DNA from: Octopus sinensis
Taxonomy: Eukaryota
Assembly (NCBI RefSeq): GCF_006345805.1
Contig: NW_021836553.1
Coordinates: 1-24,124 of the forward strand
Reading direction: 5' to 3'
DNA length: 24,124 bases
Of this stretch, positions 1-11,838 are shown one piece after another (the stretch's first letter is position 1; each line of letters begins with the position of its first letter). The translations under genes were made by a program, and so were the position numbers. The notes under the pieces were generated by a model that was not told the DNA's origin, did not search any database, and saw only the letters and a list, made by a program, of their open reading frames with translations.

Positions 1-340
1 ACCAATCATATCCCACCACATTCTGCCATTTCTCCTCTTCAGCCAAAAGCACTTAAAACTGCCCCACTAACTTCCCAAACTCTTCCTCCCTCTCCATTTA
101 CCCCCTCTATTCAATTTCACACACCTTTGCATAACTCCGTACTCCCCTCTAAAGCCAACCCATATTCCTTATTGTACTAACCACTGCTACCTTGACCACT
201 GACTCTCTGCTAAATTTGTCCAACCCACCTCTATTTTCTCTCATACCTTTTCCATACATGCTATGACACTTTCCCTCCCTCAGATAATTGCCACTTCTTT
301 TATCTCTCTCTCTTTCCATCTACGCACAGCCACCCCCACC

Positions 341-604
<264 letters not shown>

Positions 605-1073
605 GCTGCGTGTTACCAATAACAGGTTTTGTAATATTTAAACGTCCGAACTCTAAATTGCAGTAGAAAAGCGAAGTACACGAAAACAATGATTTAACAC
701 TGTATACGGTCTTCATTTTGGAGTTACAATAGGCTCAAAATAGAGTCAGAAGCCCCAAGATAATTAACAGCTAACTCATTACTAGATGTGACGAGAAAGA
801 AATACACCAACGATTATATTTAAATATAATGACTATAACAAATGTATGAAAAAAAAATGGAAAATGAAATATATATAACTTGAGGAATCATCATTTTCAG
901 AGGTACCAGAACAACAGAACTCCTTCGCATATTCACTTTGGTAACGGCACCAAGACCAGGCACATCGATATTCCAGCTCACAGAACACATCTCTTAAAGA
1001 TTATACATTTGATATTTGCCGTACAATTTAAGGATAGGAAACTTACATATACATATGTATATCTGTGCGTCAC

Positions 1074-1076
<3 letters not shown>

Positions 1077-1149
<73 letters not shown>

Positions 1150-1396
1150 CTGCGTGTGTGTCTGTGTGTATGTATGTATATGTATGTATAATATATATAT
1201 ATAATATATATATATATAGTAGATAGATAGATAGATACACATATTGTGTGTTATACATATGTATGTATATATATATATGTACATACATACATATATACAA
1301 ACGCACGCATATATCTTTATATATATATATGTAGTATATATTATACATACATACACACAATCATATATATATATATATATATATATAAATATGTAT

Positions 1397-1469
<73 letters not shown>

Positions 1470-1480
1470 TGTGTGTGTGT
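1077..1480. repeat. Compound (CA)n/(TA)n/(TAGA)n/(TACA)n microsatellite block
   Basis: Direct reading of the sequence. Confidence 0.95.
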
Positions 1481-2135
1481 GTTTTTGTGGTAGAAGAATG
1501 TAAGAATATGTTGCTGTCAGCAAAGGGAGGTTTTCACAATGTGTCAGGTATGTAAAATTTGATCAAAAATTCAATGGTAAGTCACAGTGAGAGCGCTCGT
1601 GGAATGGTTCATTATATTGTCTTCCGTGGAGCTGTTAGTGGTTTCGCATTGACAATGGGTTTCTTGCGGAATAATGAGAATTCTATGAAAGACAATGCCA
1701 CTATTCTGTAGCTTCTCTAGCATCTGAAGAATTGGTCAGTCTTAGACACTTTCAATTAAGATCAATAGTCGCATTATAATGAGTGTATGTGAATACGTGT
1801 ATGTATGTGCATGTGTGTGTGTGTGTGTGTATTTGAGGACGATGATGCGTTCAGTGTAAACGACATTCCGTTTGTAGGTTCGTGTAATTACAGCATTAAT
1901 GTCTATATATATACATGCGTGCATGCATGTATGTAAATCTATAATTATATTGATTTGTATGCATAAATTCGTGTGTATATATGGGTTTGTATGTATATAT
2001 ATATATATTATATAATATATATATATATATACACATACAAACATTCATATATGGATATGAAAATATATATATGTTAGTGTATATGTAAGTATGTATGTAT
2101 ACATGTGTGTATGTATGCATGTATGTAGCTATGTG

Positions 2136-2310
2136 TCGAATTTTGGTATGAGGTTAGAGAATTTAGTGGACGGTTTATTTCGGTAACATCGACTGAAGTA
2201 ATTAACTTGGTCCTCATGTTATCGACTATGAAACGAGTAACAGGAATGTAGATTTGGTGCAGAATTTGAACTCAAAAGGGAAACACTGACAAAATGTGTT
2301 TGAACATTTT
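2136..2310 (-). mobile_element. Highly decayed SINE copy (family B)
   Basis: Reverse complement resembles family B, e.g. CAGAATTTGAACTC (B box, minus strand) and TCGAATTTTGGTATGAGG (tail). Confidence 0.55.
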
Positions 2311-2507
2311 ATGTTATCGCTACTGCCACCTCGTCACCTACAGAACTTAAAGTATAATAATAATGAAATTAAACAGACTGGTTTATAGATGATAGCAGAT
2401 AATCCGGTGTCAATATTTCTAGAAGATGGTTTATTGAGAAATAGCACTGTTTTTATTCTGTGGTCTTAATCAGAGAATTTGAATTCTTTCGTGTTTCTTT
2501 CGTAGTT

Positions 2508-2545
2508 TATTTTATCGAATCCCGACGGACGAAAGGCAAAGTTGT
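2508..2545 (-). mobile_element. Short SINE family B fragment
   Basis: TTTTATCGAATCCCGACGGACGAAAGGCAAAGTTG matches the reverse complement of the GTCGACTTTGCCTTTCATCCTTTCGGGGTCGATAAA block seen in other copies in this window. Confidence 0.6.
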
Positions 2546-2857
2546 TCTTAGCTTCATTTGAAAATAGAAAAGAAACCATCGACAAAAGTAAGACAGGACT
2601 TTTTTATAAATGGTGCTGTAGCTGTTTGTTTAAACCACCATCCGCCATAGTAACAACAGCAGCAGCAGCAGCAGAAATAGGAGCTGTAGTATCAGTCGTG
2701 TTGGTAGCAATTGTAAAAGAAGGGAGAAACCCAGGAGAAAGTAGAGGGTGGGCTACCGAACAGTCACAAAATAATAAGACGAAAAATAAGAATGAGGAGA
2801 GAAAGCAGAAGAACGAGATGTATGGTAATAATGATAATGATAGAAATGATAATGATG

Positions 2858-3165
2858 ATGTTGATAATAACAATAACAACAACAACATAATAATAACAAT
2901 GATAATAATAAAAACAATAATAAAAATAATAATATTAATAATATAATAATAATATTAATAATAATAATAATAATAATAATAACAATAATAGTAATAATAT
3001 AATAAAAACAATAATAATAATAATAATGATAATAATAATAATAATAATAATGATAATAATAATAATAATAATAATAGTAACAACAACAACAACAATAATA
3101 ATTATAATAATAATAATAATAATAATTATTATTATTATTATAGTTATTACTATTATTATTATTAC

Positions 3166-3219
<54 letters not shown>
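2858..3219. repeat. (AAT/AAC)n tract switching polarity to (ATT)n near 3125
   Basis: Direct reading of the sequence. Confidence 0.95.
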
Positions 3220-3221
<2 letters not shown>

Positions 3222-3728
3222 TAATAAGAAGTAGAAGAAGAAACAAGAAGATAAATGAAAGTGATAATTTAGTCTCGTTGATCAATAGGCATGACTCGAA
3301 TTAGAATCGATTGTGATTTGTTGAACACGACAGAAATAGATTGTAAAAAATAAAAAAAAAATAACAACAAAAAAACCCAAAATTAAAACAAAATATTTTT
3401 GTTGGATTTGTAAAGACATAAAATTAGTATAAATCCCCCAAGGAAACAAAAGGAAAATAATAATGACAATAATAATAAACATTCTTTAAGCGGAAAGTCC
3501 GGAATACAATGTTTGCATTGATGAAGGTTTCTTAAACAATCCCAGAATAGTTCTCCATTTGGTGAAAAAAGAGGATATTTAAGTTTTCAATAAAAGTTCA
3601 TAATAAAAATTGAAATATCCTTATAGAAAGTATTTAAGTTTTTGATTATTTACGTATCTCATTATAGTTTCTGTACTTCTAAATCTCTTGGGTATATATT
3701 TGCTGCTTATCAATAGAAGTATTTTCTA

Positions 3729-3737
3729 TTATTATTA

Positions 3738-3784
<47 letters not shown>

Positions 3785-3870
3785 GCTGTTGTTGTTGTTA
3801 TTGTTTTTGTTGTTGTTGTTGTTGATGTTGTTATTATCATCATCATCATCATCATCATCATCGTCATCAT
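3729..3870. repeat. (ATT)n/(GTT)n/(ATC)n trinucleotide tract
   Basis: Direct reading of the sequence. Confidence 0.95.
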
Positions 3871-3885
3871 TTTCATTACCATCTT

Positions 3886-3960
3886 ATTTCAATTCGGTCT
3901 CCATTTCTTGCCGAGTGTCTTCTTGACACGTAGGACAGAGAAACGTGATGTATGCATTAT
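3886..3960 (-). repeat. Interspersed repeat family C fragment (probable retroposon 3' end)
   Basis: CCATTTCTTGCCGAGTGTCTTCTTGACACGTAGGACAGAGAAACG is homologous to 10947-11100 and 11208-11318; every copy abuts a trinucleotide tract on the same side. Confidence 0.7.
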
Positions 3961-4500
3961 TAGTTTTGACTGTTCACTCTGAATATACTGCAGGGTCGGA
4001 ATGAATCGATATATTGTCTCCATCTGTTAAGGCCACACGTAATGTTTAAACCCGTTGCCAAAAATTTTGATTTGATAATGCCGACATTTTTTAACAGGTA
4101 TAGGAGCTTCCAAATCTGTGATGTCTTGAGATATATTCTACTGGTGGTAACATATTATATCCAGAGTTTAAGCGGTCCGCAATGTCAAAATCCTCTTTGG
4201 TGAAATAGTCCACTGGAACTTTATATTTTTATATATCAAAAAATATAGTGACCTACGTACACTTTGGTCTCTTCTCTCTCTCTCCCACTCTCTCTCTCAG
4301 ATAAGTAAAATGGAGCAACGAGAAATAAAGTGTGTTGCTCAAGAATGCAACACATAGCCTGGTCAGGGATATCGAAATCACAATCCATGACTGTAAGCCC
4401 TTTGCTCTGTCTATATAAATGTATGTCTATCCCTCTGTATATATACATACACAAACACACGCACACATATATACTATATACATACAGTTATATATATAGT

Positions 4501-4905
4501 AGTGGCTGTGTGGTAAGTAGCTTGTTTACCAACCATATGGTTCCGGGTTCAGTCCCACTGCGTGGCACCTTGAGCAAGTGTCTTCTACTATAGCCTCGGG
4601 CCGAAGAAAGTATTGTGAGTGGATTTGGTAGACGGAAACTGAAAGAAGCCCGTCGTATACAAGTATATATATATGCGTGTGTGTGTTTGTGTGTCTGTGT
4701 TTCTCCCCCTACCATTGCTTGACAACCGATGCTGGTGTGTTTATGTCCCCGTCACTTAGCGGTTCGTCCAAAGAGACCGATAGAATAAGTACTGGGCTTA
4801 CAAAAGAATAAGTTCCGGGGTCGAGTTGCTCGATTAAAGGCGGTGCTCCAGCATGGCCGCAGCCAAATGACTGAAACAAGTAAAAGAGTAAAAGAATAAA
4901 AGAGT
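4501..4905 (+). mobile_element. tRNA-derived SINE family A with CORE-like block, near full length
   Basis: A box TGGCTGTGTGG, B box GGTTCAGTCC, CORE-like GGCACCTTGAGCAAGTG, internal TA/TG tract, 3' (AAAAGAGT)n tail. Homologous to the inverted copy at 9785-10200. Confidence 0.9.
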
Positions 4906-4963
4906 ATACATATATATGTGCATTGCGTGTATATCTGTACAGGCGCGTATTTATGTGTGTTTC

Positions 4964-5008
<45 letters not shown>

Positions 5009-5104
5009 TCGGCGCGCGTGTCTGTGTATCCGTTCTCGTGTGTATGAAGGAAGAGATTCGATATAGTTCAATGTTTCGTTCCGCACTTTTTTGTAGGGTC
5101 AACT

Positions 5105-5161
5105 AACATAATATGTGTATATCGCATCATGGCTGTCAGTGTAGTAAATGTGAATGCGCCG

Positions 5162-5203
<42 letters not shown>

Positions 5204-5580
5204 CTCTCTCCATCTCTCACATGTATTCATGTTTGTTCACGTGTGTATGTTCATATATGCGAATCGTTGATATGTATATACATATGTATATGTGTGTGTG
5301 TACATATAAACATCATATATATATATATATGCATATGTATATATATATATATTTATGTATAAATATATATATGTATGTATATGTATACATATATACAAAC
5401 ATACATACATATATACATATATACATATATATACACACATATATATATATATACGTAGCTACAGATACTCACACATATATTTATAAATATACTTATATAT
5501 ATATTTACTCATGCATACATACACACACAGATATATGCATATATATACATGCACGTACTATCATGTATGTATATATTTAT
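5105..5580. repeat. Degenerate (CT)n plus (TA/TG/CA)n low-complexity block
   Basis: Direct reading; it explains the 168-aa ORF at 5113-5619. Confidence 0.9.
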
Positions 5581-6949
5581 ACTGATTACGAAGAATCACA
5601 ATTAGTTAACAAGTGTTGAATACCGATTAGGTTATTAATTGTCAAAGAAATAACTCGAATACAAACGAAAAACAACAAAGAGACCAAAACATAAATAAAT
5701 AAATACACATTAAATGATGGATGATAACAAATGAATACAATTACTTTTAATTTCTTTATTTTTTTATTTAATTATTGAGATTCAGTTTTTTTTCTCTTTA
5801 CATCTTCAAAACCGAATGAATAAATAAATCACATATGCAAATATACAAACACTTATACAAAAATTAAAAATAAAATATTAAAAAAAACATCTAAAACTAA
5901 TGATGAGACTTTTCAGGAAGTCTTCTATTGAGAGATACAATAAGTGTTTTTGTTTTTATTCTTTGACTAATTGTTTTTTTTTGCAATTTTAAACTTCAAT
6001 TTATTGTTTAATACAATTAGCGGTTTTCTTTTTCGTTTTGGATTATATTTAGAGAAATTACCAAAAAAAAAAAAAATTTTTAAAGTACTTAATAGAGAAC
6101 TAAGAAAAAATATATATATACTGAAGGACGATGCTATTAAACGTGTAGAAAGATCACAGCATCATTAATTTGCTTATTTTCCTAGCTACTGTGCCGAATG
6201 TAATTGTTGAAAATATACTGTATTTTCCGACATACAATCGACGTGGCATACAGTGTACACATTCAAGCATCGTCACTGCTTTATCAAATACTGTTCCATT
6301 TCACGTGCAAATTTTCCTCTATCCAAGTCGTCTTGGTGTACAGAACAGCTCACCCATTTTCGCTGCAAATTTTAGTCTGAAAAAACTCAATTTGTATATC
6401 GGAAAATACATTACGGCGCACCGTTCCCAAAGCAATTGTCATACATTAGAAAACAAATCAAACTAATTTACATCGATCGTATTTCAATATATTATAGCTT
6501 CCTCTAATTATAGCGTTAATACATCAAATATTCACAGACATATGTAAACTGACAATCAGTAAATTCATAAATATAAGTCTATTTACCCTGCAAAATACTA
6601 AATGATGCTACGTTGACCGCATATATATATATATATATATAATATATATATTATATATATATATATATACAAGTCTAGTAATAGATTTTAGACTACAAAT
6701 AACGAAAACCATTCTGTTCTATTGAGCAGCCGGTTCGGTGAAGATGTCTACTCTATTTCTAAAAAACAAACAAACAAAAGCCCAAAAAACGCCTTCATAC
6801 GTAAAATTATTGATTCAGTTTGATAATACAGACCGAAGTTGTCGATATTCAAATCGAACTGATTGGCCATACTCAAGATTGCTTCCGTATGAATTAAGCG
6901 CATTTTAACAGGTTAATGTCATTTTGAGATAATGCATTCATGTATAATG

Positions 6950-6981
<32 letters not shown>

Positions 6982-6984
6982 TAT

Positions 6985-7034
<50 letters not shown>

Positions 7035-7151
7035 GTGTGTATGTATATATGTTGTTAAATTCTCAAAATACGAGAGTAGAGAAACAGCCAACTACTGATG
7101 AAGGGCCGTTCTTAAAGTTGTTTATCTTGTTTTACATACATACATACATAC

Positions 7152-7188
<37 letters not shown>

Positions 7189-7195
7189 TATCTTT

Positions 7196-7278
7196 CTTTC
7201 CGGATGAGAAGATTGCATTTTACACTGTTTATTCCTTTGAAATAAAACCAATGTAGGCTTCGAAACATATGTCGGAAG
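7196..7278 (+). ncRNA. Minimal type I hammerhead ribozyme motif with U4G core change
   Basis: Stem I CTTTC(7196-7200)/GGAAG(7274-7278); core CGGATGA (7201-7207); stem II GAAG/CTTC closing a long insert; GAAAC-ATAT-GTC (palindromic stem III ACATATGT, GUC triplet). Confidence 0.75.
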
Positions 7279-7671
7279 TAAAAGAATTTGAATAGCATCT
7301 GCGTTCAACTCGCTTTCTTTACTTATATATATATATAAATATATATATATATAAATATATATATAAAATACAATGACTTATTATTATAGTAAATGTATAT
7401 CGTAAATAATATACTAAATATATCAGATATTGAATACATTATAATATTGATGGCTATAGTAATTAAAATCAAAAAGGCAAAATACTAAAATGATAAGGAA
7501 AAATAGCACCTAAAATTGCTAGAGATAAGAGCTAAAACTTATATTTTTATAGCTCTTACTTCTCCTAGTTGCAGGTACTATTTTGCCACCTCATTTATGA
7601 ACATATATATGTATGTGTGTGAGTGTGTGTGTCTGTGTATGTGCTTCTATAAATCGTTTCAGCTGGGGCAC

Positions 7672-7674
<3 letters not shown>

Positions 7675-7702
<28 letters not shown>

Positions 7703-7720
7703 TGTATGTATGTATGTATG

Positions 7721-7750
<30 letters not shown>
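7675..7750. repeat. (TATG)n tetranucleotide repeat
   Basis: Direct reading of the sequence. Confidence 0.95.
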
Positions 7751-7751
<1 letters not shown>

Positions 7752-7850
7752 TGTATCTATATATATATAACCAGATTGATGGATAGATGTGCTTATGTGT
7801 GTATGTATGAATTCCTATATGGCAACGGTAGATGATACTTTACGCAACTA

Positions 7851-8004
7851 TAATCTCGGTCGAGGTCGACTTTGCCTTTCATCGTTTCGGGGTCGATAAA
7901 TTAAGTACCAGTTACGTACTGGGGTCGATGTAATCGACTTAATTCATTTGTCTGTCCTTGTTTGTCCCCTATATGTTTAGCCCATTGTGGGTAATAAAGA
8001 AACA
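7851..8004 (+). mobile_element. 5'-truncated SINE family B (tail type 1) with 17-bp target-site duplication
   Basis: The body matches 23447-23680. It is flanked by identical GATACTTTACGCAACTA at 7834-7850 and 8005-8021. Confidence 0.92.
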
Positions 8005-8689
8005 GATACTTTACGCAACTAATGCAAGTATCTTGAATCTTGTAGTTCGTTCATTTAATTTTGACGTTAAGATCGAGAACAAGCAACACAAGTCTAGCCG
8101 GCATAGGCTCTTACATTGGAACCTATCTTCCTTCTTAGATTTGTTGATGAACGCCTAAAGATTTGTGAGCCGAATTTTACCTTATATAAGGTTTGAAATC
8201 TCAGTACCGAAATCAGTGAAAAAAAAAAACTGAAAGTATTTTATTTTATCCAGTGCCAGAACCTTTTTCTAAATCCGCCAACCTCATAAATTTATGAAAT
8301 ATACAACCGAAAATCAATCATGAAATTGCACAACTGAAAAATAACCTAAATATATAAAAAAAAATATAGTAAAGCAGTTTATATTGGAGATTCATCCAAT
8401 TATGGCCTGCCTGAAATTGTATCCAATCTAGGTGAACTCTTTCTGAAGTGTGTGCCAAGTAAACAGGTATATGATTGAGAAAGGGTCGTCTGATGATGGA
8501 GGAAATATGGCGTGATATATAGTATGTATTTGATCAAATGCTTACTGTTTTATCTGCCTTCTTATCCAGGTTTATATGTGAAGAGGCATTTTTCCGATAT
8601 CTGTCCGCCTGTCTGCCAGCCTGACATTCTCTTTCTCTCTCTTTCTCGCCATTTCTGAGTGCGTGTTTGTGTACATATTCATATGTGTA

Positions 8690-8993
8690 GGTATGAATAT
8701 ATATAGACAAAGACTTACATATATATACAAATATACGAATATATACAGGTATGTTTGCTTATGTGTGTGTTCTCATAGACACACAATCTTAAATATATAT
8801 ACATATCTGTATGTATGTATATATTCACTTGTATGTAAATATGTATATTTATGTATATATGTGTGTGTGTATGTATGTGTGTATATATGTGTGTATGTGT
8901 GTATATGTATGTGTGTAAAAATGTGTGTATATATACATGTATATGTATGTGCACCCATATGCCTAACTATCTATTTATCTATATCTATACCTA

Positions 8994-9065
<72 letters not shown>

Positions 9066-9073
9066 CATCTAAC

Positions 9074-9104
<31 letters not shown>

Positions 9105-9111
9105 ATATATA
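8690..9111. repeat. Degenerate (TA/TG)n with (TATC)n tract
   Basis: Direct reading of the sequence. Confidence 0.9.
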
Positions 9112-9590
9112 CAGGGTCAGGTGAATATATGGTTGGCTGAGCTACGCAAAAATGAAAATAACGCCGACATCTTATTTTAACAAATATATTTAGCAAATAT
9201 ACATAAAAATATCTTGAAATACTGAAGTGTAAATTTTCTTTAACTAAATTGCCATTGGCTTCAATCATGGTCTCCAGACAACTTCGGACTTTACTGAAAG
9301 TCTTGTCGATGGTTTCGTTCTTTAAGCTGTTGAATACTGCCGTAATTCTTGCCTTCAGTTCATCTTCGGTGTTACAAGGAGTTTTGTTGGTATCCCACTC
9401 AACTGCGTTCCACACGTAATTATTAAGGGTGTTGTAATCCGGGGAGTTAGGTGACCAGATGTTAGGGTTGATGTGGTCGGAGAAATTGTCTGACGGTCAT
9501 TAATTTGGTTCTTCCGGTTGTGTGGCATGTTGCAGAGTCCTGTGACCAAACATAGGGTCTTTGAGCAGTCGCTCTCTTGACCCAGTTACT
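9112..9590 (-). mobile_element. Decayed Tc1/mariner-superfamily transposon 3' part (DD37D, maT-like), transposase pseudogene
   Basis: The minus strand reads WVKRATAQRPYVWSQDSATCHT...(+1 frameshift)...SDNFSDHINPNIWSPNSPDYNTLNNYVWNAVEWDTNKTPCNTEDELKARI. After removing 1 nt there are 37 residues between the QD aspartate and the third catalytic position, which is now N. A TA|CAGGGT terminus is at 9112. No second end was found. Confidence 0.88.
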
Positions 9591-9784
9591 CAAATGGTCG
9601 ATGCACTCAACTGTATATATAACTCGACACACTCAAAAAAACCCACCTCTGAGGTGTGGGACTTTGGAGGTGTCTGAATTCTAAACACATGTATCAGTCA
9701 AAATTAACTGTAAGTACAATAGAAGACTGTGGAGAGACTACTTCTATGATTCAAGAATTTTAATTTGGTCTCAAAATATATATA

Positions 9785-10200
9785 CTCTCTTTTACTATCT
9801 TTTACTTGTTTCAGCCAGTTGACTGCGGCCATGCTGGAGCACCGCCTTTAGTCGTGCAAATCGACCCTGGGACTTATTCTTTGTAAGTCCAGTACTTATT
9901 CTATCGGTCTCTTTTGCCGAACCACTAAGTGATGGGGACGTAAACACACCAGCATCGGATGTCAAACAATGCTAGGGGGACAAAGACAGACACACAAGCA
10001 TATACATACACATACATATATATATATACATATATACGTCAGGCTTCTTTCAGTTTCCGTCTACCAAATCTACTTAGAAGGCGTTGGTCGGCTCGAGGCT
10101 ATAGTAGAAGACACTTGCCCAAGGTACCACGCAGTGTGACTGAACCCGGAACCATGTGGTTGGTAAGCAAGCTACTTACCACACAGCCACTCCTGCGCCT
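9785..10200 (-). mobile_element. tRNA-derived SINE family A, full length
   Basis: Reverse complement starts AGGCGCAGGAGTGGCTGTGTGGTAAG and aligns end to end with 4501-4905, including the tail. Confidence 0.92.
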
Positions 10201-10522
10201 ATATGTATATCATTTGCTCCGTTAACAAACTGCATAGCTTGTATGACTGTGCAAGGGCGGGAGAAATACATGGGTAAAAGCGGGAGAAAAATGCCAGCTT
10301 AACAATTCAACTAAGCTACCAATTGTATACAGACCTCTCAGTTGGAATTAGTTGAAAAAAAAGAGGAGGTGTAAAACCTCAGAAATATCAGCTGCATCAA
10401 TAACACAAGTACTAAAACAACAATGATAATAACAAAAAGAATAATTTTAAAAAACTAAAAGAACAGAAGATGGCGAAACGTCGTATGATAGATCGTACGA
10501 GAGAAACGTAAGTAGCAGTGAC

Positions 10523-10705
10523 AAGGAAATTACTGTATTACAAAACACTGGAAATGGTTTACACTATGTCAACGTTGTGTTACGTTACACATCATCTTAA
10601 CTTTTTCGCCGTAATTCTAAGTTTCGGACCAATTCAATGTCTCAAAGATGTCACTTAAAGGGACCATTTATCACTTGTCAAATCCATTCACCATTAATAT
10701 ATCTT
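10523..10705. repeat. Interspersed repeat D; inverted partner at 15222-15406
   Basis: About 183 bp matching the reverse complement of 15222-15406, with a few substitutions and one 2-nt indel. Confidence 0.9.
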
Positions 10706-10946
10706 CCAACTGTTTTTTTTTATTTTATATCTCTATGTTCTTCGATTTTATTGTTTTTTTCACAGAATGAAAACGAAAAAAAAAAACCCGAAAAGAACCA
10801 AAACAAAATGTCTCTGATGGTATATTTAATAATTTCTTCTTTTATGTTTCTACACCATTTTTATCCTATTTTCGCTTTCATTTGATGTAATTGTTTATTG
10901 CATCCGCAATGTCTACCTTGATTATTATTATTATTTTTTTCTTCTT

Positions 10947-11117
10947 CTTTCAAATTTGCTTCCAATTCTTGCCGGGCGTCTTCCCGACTCCTAGGGCAAA
11001 GAAACTCATAGTATACATTGGTAGGCCATTAAACCAAACTCAATGGTTCGTTCATTTTTTTTAAAGTTAAATTAAAATACATGGGCAGTAACAGCTCTTT
11101 ATTATTATTATTATTAA

Positions 11118-11168
<51 letters not shown>

Positions 11169-11318
11169 CATTATTATTATTATTATCATCATCGTCATTA
11201 GCATCGTCTTTCAATTGTCTCTCCATTTCTAGCCGAGTGTCTTCCTGACACGTAGGGCAGAGTAACGTATTGTATACATTGGTAGGACATTAAAACAGAC
11301 ACAGCAGATCGTTCATTT
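10947..11318 (-). repeat. Two adjacent family C copies (10947-11100, 11208-11318) separated by (ATT)n
   Basis: The copies align with each other (e.g. GTATACATTGGTAGG(C/A)CATTAAA) and with 3886-3960. Confidence 0.8.
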
Positions 11319-11436
11319 ACAGAGTCATGTGATACAGAAAAAAGGGAAAGATAAGGAGAAAAACGGAATACAGAAAATAAACAAATAAAGGGGGGGAAAG
11401 GAAAGAAAATTCACATTGACAATGCTCCTCCCAAAT

Positions 11437-11484
11437 ATCATCATGATCAAGATCATCATCAACATCATCATCATCATCATTATA

Positions 11485-11516
<32 letters not shown>

Positions 11517-11621
11517 CATCATCATCATCATCATCATAATCATCATCATCATCATAATCATTATTATTATTATTATTATTATCATCATCATTATCATCAT
11601 CATTATTATTATTATTATTAT
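11437..11621. repeat. (ATC)n/(ATT)n trinucleotide tract
   Basis: Direct reading; it explains the poly-Ile ORF at 11416. Confidence 0.95.
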
Positions 11622-11685
11622 CGTTACATCTATATTTCTATCTACCTATCTCCCCTCTCTCTCTCTCTATACACACACACACACA

Positions 11686-11720
<35 letters not shown>

Positions 11721-11807
11721 CACATGCATACACAGATGGATAGGTAGACAGAGAGACACACAGGAAATGAACGCGCGCACTCACACGCATGGAAACAAAA
11801 TAGACAT

Positions 11808-11838
<31 letters not shown>

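Noticed and set aside
894-1000. Candidate exon after TTTTCAG, or a minus-strand open frame
   Set aside because: Weak donor and unrecognised peptides in all frames.
4087-4230. Acceptor-like TTTTTTAACAG and minus-strand frame YKVPVDYFTKEDFDIADRLNSG
   Set aside because: Short, unrecognised, and without a consistent splice pair.
4501-4570. tRNA gene
   Set aside because: The A and B boxes belong to a SINE head followed by SINE body; no full cloverleaf.
6170-6466. 98-aa ORF and the opposite-strand frame DDLDRGKFAREMEQYLIKQ
   Set aside because: No recognisable homology; the length is compatible with chance.
7095-7130. CTGATGAAGGG as a hammerhead core
   Set aside because: No downstream stem II partner or GAAAC; the sequence runs into a (TACA)n/(TA)n tract. 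At most a truncated fragment.
8489-8520. CTGATGATGG as a hammerhead core
   Set aside because: No paired stem II followed by GAAA-stem III-NUH.
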